A stretch of 24,938 nucleotides of DNA, from positions 1-24,938 of the forward strand of contig JASHUK010000040.1 of the NCBI GenBank assembly GCA_030040055.1. The letters are read 5' to 3'. Origin of the DNA: Nitrososphaerales archaeon. GTDB taxonomy: Archaea > Thermoproteota > Nitrososphaeria > Nitrososphaerales > Gagatemarchaeaceae. Made by a program: the position numbers and the translations under genes. Shown piece by piece: positions 24,768-24,938 of this stretch; within the stretch, counting starts at the first letter, position 1, and each line of letters starts with the position of its first letter. The notes under the pieces were generated by a model. It searched no databases. It was not told the DNA's origin and saw only the letters and a list, made by a program, of their open reading frames with translations.

Positions 24768-24938
24768 ATGAGGTACTTCTTCGAGCCTAGGTCGATAGCC
24801 GTGGTCGGGGCCTCCGCGAACCCGGACAAAATCGGTTCCGTCATATTCTGGAACCTGCGCAAGAACATGGAAGCGGGGCTGCTGAAGGCCTCCGTCTACG
24901 CCGTAAACCGTGCTCAATCCCAGATAAGGGGGCTCCCG
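24768..24938 (+). CDS. ADP-forming acyl/acetyl-CoA synthetase alpha-type CoA-binding domain, partial (runs off window)
   Basis: Hand translation gives MRYFFEPRSIAVVGASANPDKIGSVIFWNL...VYAVN, the typical N-terminus of AcdA/Pat-type proteins. Confidence 0.85.
   Translation, partial: MRYFFEPRSIAVVGASANPDKIGSVIFWNLRKNMEAGLLKASVYAVNRAQSQIRGLP

Overview
GC-rich archaeal chromosomal window. The 23S sequence, TATA/BRE promoters with leaderless starts, and DUF4382- and thermopsin-like surface proteins suggest a non-ammonia-oxidising Nitrososphaerota/Thermoproteota-type organism (inference). It opens with the 3' part of the 23S rRNA (about 7-432). The first 6 nt do not match 23S and look like the 3' end of an intron at site L2500, and helix 98 is expanded. 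The rRNA trailer contains a 78-nt cloverleaf-like element with a textbook BRE-TATA promoter pointing into it on the minus strand. About 28 protein genes follow: aldo/keto reductase, SET-domain methyltransferase, IsdG-like monooxygenase, membrane-anchored wHTH regulator plus DUF4382-like surface protein, prolyl oligopeptidase, a three-gene operon (CysRS paralogue, tandem GNAT, HEXXH protein), an M29-like pseudopeptidase, SRPBCC protein, large surface protein, ABC-2 exporter, MenA, Acs, BtuF-fold protein, Cys-motif membrane protein, FMN reductase, a 59-aa protein missed by the ORF track, a coiled-coil protein, rhomboid, thioredoxin-like protein, YgjP-like protein, ferredoxin and a partial ADP-forming acyl-CoA synthetase. 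The best candidate for an undescribed system is the operon at 6767-9235. Its CysRS paralogue lacks the anticodon-binding tail and has a remodelled zinc site, and it overlaps a tandem-GNAT gene, echoing the MshC/MshD logic of mycothiol synthesis. No CRISPR array, canonical tRNA, 5S rRNA or transposase was seen. All calls are by eye and motif recall; no database search was run.
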